A DNA stretch of 24,190 nt from a virus (taxonomy: Duplodnaviria > Caudoviricetes), in IMG/VR virus record IMGVR_UViG_3300027764_000323, positions 1 to 24,190 of that record; one strand, written 5' to 3'. Positions 1 through 9,540 of this stretch are shown in pieces. A program made the translations under genes and the position numbers. The first letter of the stretch is position 1. Every line of letters begins with the position of its first letter. The notes below the pieces were generated by a model that saw only the letters and a program-made list of their open reading frames with translations, did not search any database and was not told the origin of the DNA.

Positions 1-3000
1 AGTTGGATATTCGGCACAGATGATAATCTAACATTACCTCAAGGTAGCACTATCAATGATACAGCAGGAGCTCCCGGCAATGGCAATGGTCAGTCTGTTG
101 AAATCAAGCCAGGTGGTGCCAGCAATGTTAATCAACTATTAAAAATATATCCCACAGTTCCTAGTCCAGACGGCAATCATATACACATAACTTCAGGCGA
201 TCTTGCAGTCACTGATTTGTTCTTGGGCAATGACGATCAATTTGTGCAGATTGCCGTCGACGGCAAAGTTTGTATTGGTACTTATGATACTGCTGGGCAT
301 GTTTGGCAGTTTGGCACCGATGGTCACGTAACATTCCCGGACGGTAGCATTCAAACTACTGCCTTTACCGGATTAGCCGATAGTAATATCTGGATTGAAA
401 CATTTGCATCAGACGCTCCTACATATGATTTTGTACAAGCAACCACCAGCGTAGAATATGATTTGGACGGCAATATCATTGCATTATTCAATCATATTGT
501 GCCCACTAACAGTAATGAGACATATACTTCAGTAGCCAAGTTAACCCCCACTGGTGCTGTGATTTGGCAAGTGCGTTTTGGTACTAATCTGAACACCGAT
601 GGATGGGGATTGGCCTATGATGCAGTTTATAACTACATCTACCTCGCGGGTTCAACTGACGGCCCTGGCATCTATAAATTTGCCACATTGACTAAACTAA
701 GCAGCCTTGATGGCAGTCTAGTGTGGAGCAAGACCTACGACTTTGAAGCAGACAGTCAAAGCTCGGTAGTAGATGTGGGCCAGGCCGGCGACCCTGTCAT
801 GGTAGGTTATGCTTATAATGGCACGGACAATTACATTTTTACTACTAGAATTAGCAGGGCCGACGGATCGGTAGTATGGTGCAAGACATTAAACGGCCAG
901 GGTTACGATCAAGCATACGGCATGGCAGTAGGTCCTGACAGTGAAGTTGTGACAATTGGCTATGTTGATAAACTATTACCCACAGATTCTGTGTCCACTG
1001 CAGTTACAGAACCTACAAGCAATGTTAACTGGACTACACCATACACTAACGCTCTCACAAATGGAGTGAATTTTGACATTGATATCAGTGCCGGTGTACC
1101 TACTATCAGTATCAATACTGATGACACCGGCAACAGAGTTGTTGGAGATACATTCGCAACTATTCTTGGTTCAACCCTTGGTGGTCAAGATGGGGTCGAT
1201 GATATGATTGTTAAGGTTGGTACATTGGCCGTCAATGATGATGCCGACCGTATGGTGGTGATCAAATATGCCTCCGATGGCGTTATTGCTTGGCAAAAAG
1301 CAGTACAGTTTGACGTAGGATACAACTGCTCAGGAGCAGATGCTGACATTGACACAGCAGGCAACATTTATGTGTGTGGTCAATATTCTTTTGACACAGG
1401 CAATGGTGACACAGACTCAGCAATGAATCTAATCAAGTTTAATAGTGCAGGTGTTAAACAGTGGAGCAGACGAGTAGTGGGCAACTGCCAAACATTTGCT
1501 ACCAGCGTGGTATTAGGGGACGATGGCTACTTATATTTGAACGGCATTACTGGTAACAACAACACTAGTGATTTTATATGGGTTGTAGCCAAATATGATA
1601 CCGACGGCGTTGTTGTATGGCAACGCCTAATTGACAAGACAACCACTTGGACATTCGGTGGTGGATTTTGGTTCGGCAGCTATGGTGGCGGTAGCAATAT
1701 TGCTGTTCGTAATGGTTATATTGTTCTGGCAGGGGCATTCGGCGACCCAGGCATACAGCCAACTGCTACGATAGTACAGCTTGACACAGATGCTACACCA
1801 TTCTCAGTAGGCGATTGGGACATCACGGGTGCTACATTCAGTGGTGTCCTAAACAATACAGCCAGTGATATCACAGTGGTTGACGCTGGCAAAGTAATAG
1901 GAACAGTTGGACCCAACGTGACTAATTTCATTAGCGACGCCGGCCTCGGTAATTTCCTATCAACCACACGATACAGTCTTACCGGCAGCAGTAGTAGCAT
2001 AGACAACGGTGCATACTCAGTCAGTGTAGACACGAACGGTGTTGTCACTATGGTTACAAGCCGTGGCTCACTAGAGTTTGGTGCATTGCCAGAACCGGGT
2101 GCTCAAAGTCACTTCCATATAATGAAGGCTAGTGGGGACACTGCTGATTTATTCTTAGGCGACGACTTTAACTATGTATTGCAGCGTGGCCCAGCAAATG
2201 GTATTTCCGGATATGGAGTTGAGATTGGAACCAACGACAACAATGGCGGCACCCAAAATTCTTGGCGTTTCGGTACAGATGGTACTACATTCTTCCCGGA
2301 CGGTACTAACTTTGGAAATATTAATGGCTCCGGCACTATTGGGTTTGCGGCAAATGTCGGTAGCTCATTTACTGTTGGCACTATCGGTGGGTCTTGGGAA
2401 TTTGGCACAGATGGTAATCTAACATTACCTCAAGGTAGCACCTTAGGTGAAACGACTACAACTACGATTATTACACCCCCCGGAGCACTTGCCGGACAGA
2501 GTTTAGTTATCCGTCCTACCAATAACTGGTCACTAGTAGCAAGCGGATATATTGTTCCCGGGACTAACTTAACAATTACATTAACAAGTATTAATGGACA
2601 AACTAACGGACATTTATACACTTATACAATAACTGGCGCGACTGCACAACAATTAGGAATAGGTAGTTTAACAGGTAGTTTCCCTGCGTTAGAACCGTCT
2701 GATTCTTCTCCGCAATCGGCTGTTATAGTGTTGCCAATTCCGTCCAACAGCACCGTCACTACATTTACTTTAGACCTTGACCCTGCTCAACCAAGCGCCG
2801 CCGGTGGATCTATTACGGTTACTAATAATAATGTCGTTAATAATGAACCAAGTCACATTCACCTTGTGTCAGGCGACCCTGCAACAGTTGATCTATATCT
2901 AGGAGATGATGATCAGTATGTTAAGATTGAGAAGAATGCTGGCAATGTTGTTATTGGTACTAACACAAATACCAATCACTGGACATTTGGACAGACTGGT

Positions 3001-3588
3001 ACTACAACACTTCCAGGTGCCGTGGTTAAGAGTACAGTGGCTAAAACTGGTGTACCTGCCGATACAGGCATACCTGTAACCTTAAGCGGCGGTATGACTG
3101 GATTAGGTATTGCGGATGACACATACGGTCCATTTACTAAAGGCAACGTTACGTTTGAAGTAACAGTGTCTAGTGGCGGTATAAGTGGATACATCAATAT
3201 TAGTTCAACTACATCTTATGCTGTGAATGATACTATTGGACAACTGACTAGTGAGGATCTAGGCGATGCTCCTGGACAGACTACAAACATCAATGTAGAC
3301 GCAGTTGATCAAGGGTTTACGGATATGGACTTAACTAAATCAGTTAACAAACTCGCTGATGGTTATTATTATTTGGCCGACGGGGTGGAAGGTCAGATCA
3401 TGTATGTAGTGAGACAGAACGGTTCAACTGCGGCAAATATATTTGTAGGAGTTGCCAACGCACGTTGGGACGGAACTGTATATTCAGAGCAACCTGTTAT
3501 TCCATTCCAAATTCCTTTTACTGATATGGTCACAATAATCTTTACAGACGGTGCTTGGCAATCAAGCACATTTGGCATTTTAACTTAA
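1..3588 (+). CDS. Large modular tail fibre / receptor-binding protein (5'-truncated) with beta-propeller-like region
   Basis: Frame is open from base 1 (SWIFGTDDNLTLPQGST...), so the TTG at 217 is not the true start. G/T/S/N/D-rich, with repeated WxFGTDGxxT[FL]P and HxH...DL[FY]LGxD modules. Repeated K/R-xxxx-G-xxx-W-x-K/R blades are typical of beta-propellers. Confidence 0.7.
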   Translation, partial: SWIFGTDDNLTLPQGSTINDTAGAPGNGNGQSVEIKPGGASNVNQLLKIYPTVPSPDGNHIHITSGDLAVTDLFLGNDDQFVQIAVDGKVCIGTYDTAGHVWQFGTDGHVTFPDGSIQTTAFTGLADSNIWIETFASDAPTYDFVQATTSVEYDLDGNIIALFNHIVPTNSNETYTSVAKLTPTGAVIWQVRFGTNLNTDGWGLAYDAVYNYIYLAGSTDGPGIYKFATLTKLSSLDGSLVWSKTYDFEADSQSSVVDVGQAGDPVMVGYAYNGTDNYIFTTRISRADGSVVWCKTLNGQGYDQAYGMAVGPDSEVVTIGYVDKLLPTDSVSTAVTEPTSNVNWTTPYTNALTNGVNFDIDISAGVPTISINTDDTGNRVVGDTFATILGSTLGGQDGVDDMIVKVGTLAVNDDADRMVVIKYASDGVIAWQKAVQFDVGYNCSGADADIDTAGNIYVCGQYSFDTGNGDTDSAMNLIKFNSAGVKQWSRRVVGNCQTFATSVVLGDDGYLYLNGITGNNNTSDFIWVVAKYDTDGVVVWQRLIDKTTTWTFGGGFWFGSYGGGSNIAVRNGYIVLAGAFGDPGIQPTATIVQLDTDATPFSVGDWDITGATFSGVLNNTASDITVVDAGKVIGTVGPNVTNFISDAGLGNFLSTTRYSLTGSSSSIDNGAYSVSVDTNGVVTMVTSRGSLEFGALPEPGAQSHFHIMKASGDTADLFLGDDFNYVLQRGPANGISGYGVEIGTNDNNGGTQNSWRFGTDGTTFFPDGTNFGNINGSGTIGFAANVGSSFTVGTIGGSWEFGTDGNLTLPQGSTLGETTTTTIITPPGALAGQSLVIRPTNNWSLVASGYIVPGTNLTITLTSINGQTNGHLYTYTITGATAQQLGIGSLTGSFPALEPSDSSPQSAVIVLPIPSNSTVTTFTLDLDPAQPSAAGGSITVTNNNVVNNEPSHIHLVSGDPATVDLYLGDDDQYVKIEKNAGNVVIGTNTNTNHWTFGQTGTTTLPGAVVKSTVAKTGVPADTGIPVTLSGGMTGLGIADDTYGPFTKGNVTFEVTVSSGGISGYINISSTTSYAVNDTIGQLTSEDLGDAPGQTTNINVDAVDQGFTDMDLTKSVNKLADGYYYLADGVEGQIMYVVRQNGSTAANIFVGVANARWDGTVYSEQPVIPFQIPFTDMVTIIFTDGAWQSSTFGILT
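13..50 (+). repeat. 38-nt direct repeat, copy 1 (copy 2 at 2404-2441)
   Basis: GGCACAGATG[A/G]TAATCTAACATTACCTCAAGGTAGCAC, 37/38 identical. Confidence 0.95.
2404..2441 (+). repeat. 38-nt direct repeat, copy 2
   Basis: Matches 13-50 with one mismatch, in the same reading frame. Confidence 0.95.
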
Positions 3589-3605
3589 ACGGAAAAATAT
3601 AAACA

Positions 3606-4319
3606 ATGGGAATAATCTTAATCACACTCTTAATGACGCACTTGACAATGGTGTCGGTTACACTTTACCTACACCGTAGTCAAAGTCATAGAGGTGTTGA
3701 GTTTCATCCTGTACTAAGTCACGCAATGCGTTTCTGGCTATGGATGACCACCGGGATGAATACTAAACAATGGGTAGCAGTTCATCGTAAACATCATCAG
3801 TCAACTGATATAGAAGGTGATCCGCATAGCCCACATGTATTCGGTCTAAAAACTGTAATGACCAGTGGAATGAAATTGTATAATGCCGTATGTAAAGACG
3901 CTAAATTTGTCATGCAGTACGGCAAAGGCACACCTAAAGACTGGATTGAACGTAAACTATATACACCTCACCCCAAATTGGGAATATTATTAATGTTAGC
4001 AATTGATCTAGCATTATTTGGGTTTTGGGGAGTGGTAGTATGGATTATACAGATAATGTGGATTCCAGTGGTAGCAGCAGGATTAATTAACGGGTTGGGA
4101 CATTGGTGGGGATATCGCAATGGTGAAACCAAAGATCATAGTCATAACATAAGCCCCATTGGTATACTAGTAGCAGGTGAGGAATTACATAATAATCATC
4201 ACTTGGATCCTGCTAATCCAAAATTCAGTAAAAAATCTTGGGAATTTGATATAGGCTGGTTTTATATACGAATATTGGTATTCTTACACTTGGCAAAAAT
4301 AACACATCGGTCGGTGTAA
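3606..4319 (+). CDS. Membrane fatty-acid (delta-9-type) desaturase
   Basis: Three His boxes HRSQSH, HRKHH and HNNHH; GDPHSP and EFDIGW motifs; hydrophobic segments. Confidence 0.93.
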   Translation: MGIILITLLMTHLTMVSVTLYLHRSQSHRGVEFHPVLSHAMRFWLWMTTGMNTKQWVAVHRKHHQSTDIEGDPHSPHVFGLKTVMTSGMKLYNAVCKDAKFVMQYGKGTPKDWIERKLYTPHPKLGILLMLAIDLALFGFWGVVVWIIQIMWIPVVAAGLINGLGHWWGYRNGETKDHSHNISPIGILVAGEELHNNHHLDPANPKFSKKSWEFDIGWFYIRILVFLHLAKITHRSV

Positions 4320-4325
4320 TAAGTA

Positions 4326-4354
4326 TTGCATTATTATGCAAGGTGATGTATAAT
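4326..4354 (+). promoter_or_regulatory. sigma70-type promoter for primase-helicase
   Basis: TTGCAT (4326-4331), 17 nt, TATAAT (4349-4354). Confidence 0.7.
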
Positions 4355-4381
4355 GCAGCATCACTTTCTTACCTATAACCT

Positions 4382-5398
4382 GTGTCAACAACCATTTCCG
4401 ATACCACTCTTGAGTTATGGAGAACTGGCCGTCAGATAAAACAAGTATCTGCCGGTTGGTTATCCGGTCATGCAGTATGTTGTGTCCATAATGGAGAAAC
4501 TGTAGACCGATTTGGGCGTGGAGGATTCATGCCTGTCGGCAATGGTGGTATTAACTACCATTGTTTTAATTGTGGATTTATTACTGGCTATATGCCAGGA
4601 CGACATTTACCATATAAGTTTAGAAAATTATTAGGATGGTTAGGTGCGGATGATAATACTATCTACCGATTAATATTCGATGCTATCCGTAATAAAGACG
4701 ATAGCTTAGATATAACTCCAGTTGAAAAAACTGAAATAGTAATAAAAGCCCGCAACCTGCCTGCTCAGGCACTAAGTATTACTCAACTGCTGAATCAATA
4801 TGAAGGGGAAACACCACCGACATACTTTGAACAAGCAGTAAAATATGCATATGATAGAAATATAGATTTTGCAAAATATGATTTCTATTGGACACCAGAA
4901 ACTGCTTACAACTTAAATCGTAGACTTATCGTTCCTTTCTATTGGCAAAAAAATATAATTGGCTATACTGCCAGGACATTTCTGGATACAGTTAAACCAA
5001 AATATCACAATAGCTACGAACCACATTTTGTGTTTAATGTTGACCAACAATTACCTACTAGTAAGTTTGTTATTGTATGTGAAGGTCCATTTGATGCAAT
5101 GAGTATTGATGGTGTAGCAATATTAGGAAATGAATGTAATGAATCACAGGCTGATATTATTGATAGTTTAAGTAGAGAAGTTATTGTAGTTCCTGATCAA
5201 GATAAAGCTGGATATAAATTGATTGATGCTGCATTGGAATATAATTGGTCTGTTTCTTTTCCAGTATGGGGAGAAACTTGCAAAGATATTAATGAAGCGG
5301 TATGTAAATATGGTAAGCTATTCACACTTAAAGCTATCTTGGATGCTAAAGAAACAAATCGTTTGAAAATTGAACTTAAAAAGAAAAGGATGACATGA
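4382..5398 (+). CDS. gp61: DNA primase (T4 gp61-like)
   Basis: N-terminal Zn-binding CC-x-H...HCFNCG; TOPRIM motifs VCEGPFDA and PDQD; overlaps the helicase start (ATGA). Confidence 0.88.
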   Translation: MSTTISDTTLELWRTGRQIKQVSAGWLSGHAVCCVHNGETVDRFGRGGFMPVGNGGINYHCFNCGFITGYMPGRHLPYKFRKLLGWLGADDNTIYRLIFDAIRNKDDSLDITPVEKTEIVIKARNLPAQALSITQLLNQYEGETPPTYFEQAVKYAYDRNIDFAKYDFYWTPETAYNLNRRLIVPFYWQKNIIGYTARTFLDTVKPKYHNSYEPHFVFNVDQQLPTSKFVIVCEGPFDAMSIDGVAILGNECNESQADIIDSLSREVIVVPDQDKAGYKLIDAALEYNWSVSFPVWGETCKDINEAVCKYGKLFTLKAILDAKETNRLKIELKKKRMT

Positions 5399-6783
5399 CC
5401 AAGGATTATTCACCAGAATTGCAGAAACTCTTTTTAGAAATTATGCTCACCGATGCACAGAATTTTGTTAGGGTACAAAACATTTATAATCCAGAAAACT
5501 TTGAGCGTAGCTTAAAAGCCTGTGCAAAGTTTATGTACGACCATTCTAATCAATATAAAACATTGCCTACCGTAGAGCAAATTAAAGCTGTTACTGGAGT
5601 AGAACTCAATCCAGTTCCTGAATTGGGTGATGGACATACTGATTGGTTTCTTGAAGAGTTTGAAGGATTTACTCGGCGTAAAGAACTTGAACGAGCAATC
5701 TTAGTATCTGCTGACTTAATTGAAAAAGGTGATTATGATCCTGTAGAAAAGTTAATCAAAGATGCAGTGCAGATTAGTTTAACTAAAGATATGGGAACTG
5801 ATTACTTTGATGATCCTGCAGCACGAATCAACAAATACTTTAATTCAGGTGGGCAAGTAAGTACAGGTTGGCCTCAAATGGATAAAATCTTATATGGTGG
5901 ATTTAGTCGTGGAGAACTCAATATCTTTGCCGGTGGTTCAGGTTCAGGTAAGTCATTAGTAATGATGAATATTGCATTGAGTTGGTTGCAATCCGGTCTC
6001 AGTGGAGTCTATATTACACTGGAATTGAGTGAAGAACTAACTAGTTTACGAACTGATGCTATGTTAACTAGTATGGGAACAAAGGACATTCGTAAAGATA
6101 TTGATAACACTGGCCTCAAAGTAAAAATGATGGGGAAGAAATCAGGTAAATATCGTGTCAAGGGATTGCCTGCTCAAAGTAATGTCAATGATATCCGTAG
6201 TTATTTGAAAGAAGTACAGATTCAGACTGGGATAAAAGTTGACTTTGTTATGGTTGACTACTTGGATTTGGTTATGCCAGTATCAGTTAAAGTTAATCCC
6301 AATGATCAGTTCATTAAGGACAAGTATGTCGCGGAAGAGTTGCGTAATTTGGCTAAGGAATTGAATGTATTATTGGTAACTGCTTCACAGTTGAATCGTA
6401 GTGCAGTTGAAGAAATTGAATTTAATCATAGTCATATTGCAGGTGGTATTAGTAAGATCAATACTGCTGACAATGTGTTTGGTATTTTTACAAGCCGAGC
6501 AATGAAAGAGCGTGGACAATATCAAATTCAATGTTTGAAATCTCGTAGTTCTACTGGAGTAGGTTCCAAGATTGATTTAGAGTATAACATTGAAACGATG
6601 CGTATTACAGATGAGGGTGAATCTAATGATCAAGGACATTTTAGACCACCTACTGCTACTAGTGTATTGGATCAAATTAAAACATCTAGTACAGTTACAA
6701 ATAATCCACCAAAAATAACAGCGCAATATGAATCAACTAAGCTACAGCAGTTGATGGGTGAATTCAAACGCACACAAATATAA
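5395..6783 (+). CDS. gp41: Replicative DnaB-like helicase (T4 gp41-like)
   Basis: Walker A GGSGSGKS, ITLE, Walker B VMVDYLD, SQLNR and KSR motifs. Confidence 0.95.
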   Translation: MTKDYSPELQKLFLEIMLTDAQNFVRVQNIYNPENFERSLKACAKFMYDHSNQYKTLPTVEQIKAVTGVELNPVPELGDGHTDWFLEEFEGFTRRKELERAILVSADLIEKGDYDPVEKLIKDAVQISLTKDMGTDYFDDPAARINKYFNSGGQVSTGWPQMDKILYGGFSRGELNIFAGGSGSGKSLVMMNIALSWLQSGLSGVYITLELSEELTSLRTDAMLTSMGTKDIRKDIDNTGLKVKMMGKKSGKYRVKGLPAQSNVNDIRSYLKEVQIQTGIKVDFVMVDYLDLVMPVSVKVNPNDQFIKDKYVAEELRNLAKELNVLLVTASQLNRSAVEEIEFNHSHIAGGISKINTADNVFGIFTSRAMKERGQYQIQCLKSRSSTGVGSKIDLEYNIETMRITDEGESNDQGHFRPPTATSVLDQIKTSSTVTNNPPKITAQYESTKLQQLMGEFKRTQI

Positions 6784-6789
6784 ATGCTG

Positions 6790-6796
6790 ATAAATA
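6790..6796 (+). promoter_or_regulatory. T4-late-like promoter box
   Basis: ATAAATA in the short intergenic gap, followed by GGAG and a TTG start. Confidence 0.65.
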
Positions 6797-6816
6797 AAAC
6801 ATAACGGAGTAATTTC

Positions 6817-7062
6817 TTGCAAAAACGCACTAAAAGTATTTTAGCTGAACTTGATACCTTAGTAACCCACCGGGACAAAGGGCATTTTGTAGAAAGCCGT
6901 GCTGCAAATGTTATACAAAGTGCTATTAATCTAATACAGTTCATCAAAGAAAATTACGAAGCTGAAGTTGCTATTGAACTTGAGCGGCGTCTTCTCAATA
7001 GCATACGCAGTCAAGATGCCTCCAAGTTTAATCGTGGAATAAGAAAAACAAATGAAAATTAA
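6817..7062 (+). CDS. Hypothetical helical protein (81 aa)
   Basis: GGAG RBS, TTG start, late box upstream, overlaps the next gene. Confidence 0.75.
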   Translation: MQKRTKSILAELDTLVTHRDKGHFVESRAANVIQSAINLIQFIKENYEAEVAIELERRLLNSIRSQDASKFNRGIRKTNEN

Positions 7063-7708
7063 TGAGATTCTGACTGAAGGTCCACTGGACTTTATTAAAA
7101 AATATGGTGCAAAAGTTGCAAGTGGCATTGCAGGTGCAGCTTCTGCAGTTGTTGCTAACAGATCAGCCCGAGAGCTTTCTTCTAACGCCGACCAATCAAC
7201 AGCAACAGAAAAAGCTTATCTAAAGAGTCGTGCTGATTTAATGTGGAAGAGCTTCAACAGAATACTGACTACATATCGTGCTGCACATAGCGGGGTGGAT
7301 CCTACTAATTTTAAAGATTTTGTTGTGAACTTTGCCAATAATTATATTAGAGCAGAATCAAATTCACCGGACATGTTGACTCTAATTAACGCTATTAATG
7401 GAGCAAAAGATAGTCAAGCTATCTATAATTATTTGTACAGTCGTTGGGCAGAATCTCAGTCTGCACCTCCAACCGCTACATCATCACCCGCTACCCCTCC
7501 ACCCGCTACACCACAACCAACAACACCTACTCCTGGTGCAAGTGCATTTGGACAAATGGCAGGCCAACTAAATGCAATGGCACCACCCGAAACATCAAGC
7601 ACAGGGGGAACTACTCGTCAAACTACAACAGGGCAACGGCATACCGCTAATCCTAATAATCCTAATAAACCAGGATTGCCAATTCGTCCGATGAATAAGA
7701 AAGTTTAA
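7052..7708 (+). CDS. Putative internal head protein with Pro/Thr-rich C-terminal region
   Basis: N-terminus MKINEILTE|G resembles a capsid-targeting propeptide; low-complexity PAT/PTT linker. Confidence 0.55.
   Translation: MKINEILTEGPLDFIKKYGAKVASGIAGAASAVVANRSARELSSNADQSTATEKAYLKSRADLMWKSFNRILTTYRAAHSGVDPTNFKDFVVNFANNYIRAESNSPDMLTLINAINGAKDSQAIYNYLYSRWAESQSAPPTATSSPATPPPATPQPTTPTPGASAFGQMAGQLNAMAPPETSSTGGTTRQTTTGQRHTANPNNPNKPGLPIRPMNKKV
7470..7514 (+). repeat. Three imperfect 15-nt tandem units encoding PTATS/SPATP/PPATP
   Basis: CA[A/C]CCGCTAC at 7470, 7485 and 7500. Confidence 0.8.
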
Positions 7709-7711
7709 GTC

Positions 7712-8497
7712 ATGATGTATCTATACGAAGGTGGTAACGCAATACCTGACTCCAATGAGGTAAACAAAGAAGATATCGCCGGAGTAGTTGATACTGCGAA
7801 AAGAGAACTACCACCTGCGTTATTGAAAAATTTACACACTGATATCGGGTCTGCTGGATATAAAGCAAAATCAGGTGACATTGATATCATGGTTGAAGCT
7901 ATTGATGTAATTGAATTGTTTAAAACTACTGATGCAAAAGATCCTGTCAAAGATGCTAAGAAATTACTAGAAAAATTCTTTCAGGATAAAGGAATTCAGG
8001 CTAAAGTCAATGGTCGTAATGTTAGCATAGGCGTTAAGTATAAAGAACAAGCATCAGGTCTCAATAAATTAGCTCAGGTTGATGTTATGGTAATTCATGA
8101 TGTTGGTATAGTAGCTCCATATCATCAACACGGACCTCGCGGAATGTATGCTGATCCAGAATTCAAGGGCGCACCAATGTTCATGCTTATAAACAGCATT
8201 GGTAAATTCTTAGGTCTAAAATTTGATGCCTTTGGTGCTAAATTGATGCGTAGAGATACCGATGAAGTAGTAGCACGAACTCGTAAAGAGGTTGCAAAGG
8301 TACTACTGAATCCAAAAGCAAAAGAAGATGATCTTAATAGTGTAAAATCAATTATGAATGCACTAAAGAATGACCCTGATAGAGAAGGTAAACTTGCTCA
8401 AGCCAGACAAGATCAGGCTAAGGGACTTATATCACTTCCTGAAGATGCTCATCCTGGTACTGCAGCTTGGTTTAGAAAATTAAGCGACATAACATGA
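7712..8497 (+). CDS. Pol-beta-superfamily nucleotidyltransferase 1
   Basis: IGSAGYKAKSGDIDIMV (hGS...DhD) and a third Asp in QVDVM; N-terminus YLYE|GG. Confidence 0.8.
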   Translation: MMYLYEGGNAIPDSNEVNKEDIAGVVDTAKRELPPALLKNLHTDIGSAGYKAKSGDIDIMVEAIDVIELFKTTDAKDPVKDAKKLLEKFFQDKGIQAKVNGRNVSIGVKYKEQASGLNKLAQVDVMVIHDVGIVAPYHQHGPRGMYADPEFKGAPMFMLINSIGKFLGLKFDAFGAKLMRRDTDEVVARTRKEVAKVLLNPKAKEDDLNSVKSIMNALKNDPDREGKLAQARQDQAKGLISLPEDAHPGTAAWFRKLSDIT

Positions 8498-9525
8498 AAG
8501 TAAAAGATATCATCCGAGAAGGTGGATGGGATACCACTATTACACAAGGAACAATCATTCGTCCAGCCGTCGTAAAGATTGCTTTGAATGTAGTTCAACA
8601 ATTTGTTGATGATTTTAATAACTTCTTATCAGCTAAAAACTTAGGACCAGTTAAAATGGGAAGACCCACTGGCTCAAGTGCATATCATGAAAAAGATCAA
8701 GTAGAAAATCCAGATAAGATTTATGGTGATATAGATTTACAAATGATTGCTCCACCAGTTGAAGGTACTACTTACGGTCAATATACCGCATTCTGGAATA
8801 AACTCGCTGATGAATTTGTAAAACAAGAAACCCCTCACTATGTTGATCTAACTGAAAGCAAACCAGGTCATCCTATCTTTCAAATAGGTGATAGTAGTTA
8901 TGTTCAAGTAGATTTGATGTGGCATGAACCTAAGATGAGTGCATGGGGAGCTACTAGAGTAACTCCTGAACATGGAGTCAAAGGATTGCTATCTGGTAAC
9001 ATGTACAGTGTATTAGGTGAACTATTAGATATGAGCATTCAACATGCAGGAGTTCAATTAAAAGTTTCTGCTGGTAAACATGTACCATTCAGTAAGCATA
9101 AAGACACTCAATTGATAACCATCACTAGTAATCCTAAGATTTTCATATATGACATATTCAAGTATGAATACAAAGATATAACTGGTCGTGCGATTGATAA
9201 AACAACACCTATCAATTCTTTATTGAAACAATTTCCTGGAACTGACATTGATGAGGTAAAGATCAGCAAGTTAGTAAATGGAGTTAAAGGATTGGCGTTA
9301 AGTTTTGAGATGAATGATATGTATGGCAAGGGTGATTTAGTTAATTTTAGTTCCCCTGATGATTTCTTGAATAGATTTTTAGAAAGATATACTGAAAAAG
9401 CAATGCTTGATATCACTGCTAAAAAGAGAGATAAAGCTGCAACACCTGAAGCTATTGCCAGAGCCGAAGATGACAAACAAAAAGTATTAAAAGGACTGGC
9501 AATGGTTACCAGTTATTTTAAATAA
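8494..9525 (+). CDS. Pol-beta-superfamily nucleotidyltransferase 2
   Basis: PTGSSAY...YGDIDLQM and VQVDLM; N-terminus MKVKDIIRE|GG; ATGA overlap with NTase 1. Confidence 0.75.
   Translation: MKVKDIIREGGWDTTITQGTIIRPAVVKIALNVVQQFVDDFNNFLSAKNLGPVKMGRPTGSSAYHEKDQVENPDKIYGDIDLQMIAPPVEGTTYGQYTAFWNKLADEFVKQETPHYVDLTESKPGHPIFQIGDSSYVQVDLMWHEPKMSAWGATRVTPEHGVKGLLSGNMYSVLGELLDMSIQHAGVQLKVSAGKHVPFSKHKDTQLITITSNPKIFIYDIFKYEYKDITGRAIDKTTPINSLLKQFPGTDIDEVKISKLVNGVKGLALSFEMNDMYGKGDLVNFSSPDDFLNRFLERYTEKAMLDITAKKRDKAATPEAIARAEDDKQKVLKGLAMVTSYFK
9518..9524 (+). promoter_or_regulatory. Possible late promoter box
   Basis: TTAAATA 16 nt upstream of the 9541 ATG; overlaps a stop codon, so it could be chance. 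Confidence 0.35.
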
Positions 9526-9540
9526 GAGAGAAGAAATACT

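Noticed and set aside
1-3588. Diversity-generating retroelement target in the fibre gene
   Set aside because: The repeat is short with a single mismatch, both copies are coding, and no reverse transcriptase is in the window.
4319-4325. ATAAGTA here and ATAAATA at 13796-13802 as late promoters
   Set aside because: Both overlap TAA stop codons in AT-rich DNA and precede genes that already have sigma70 promoters.
7712-9525. NTases as CBASS cyclases or MNT antitoxins
   Set aside because: No adjacent effector or HEPN gene; late context and leader peptides point elsewhere. Cyclase activity is not excluded.
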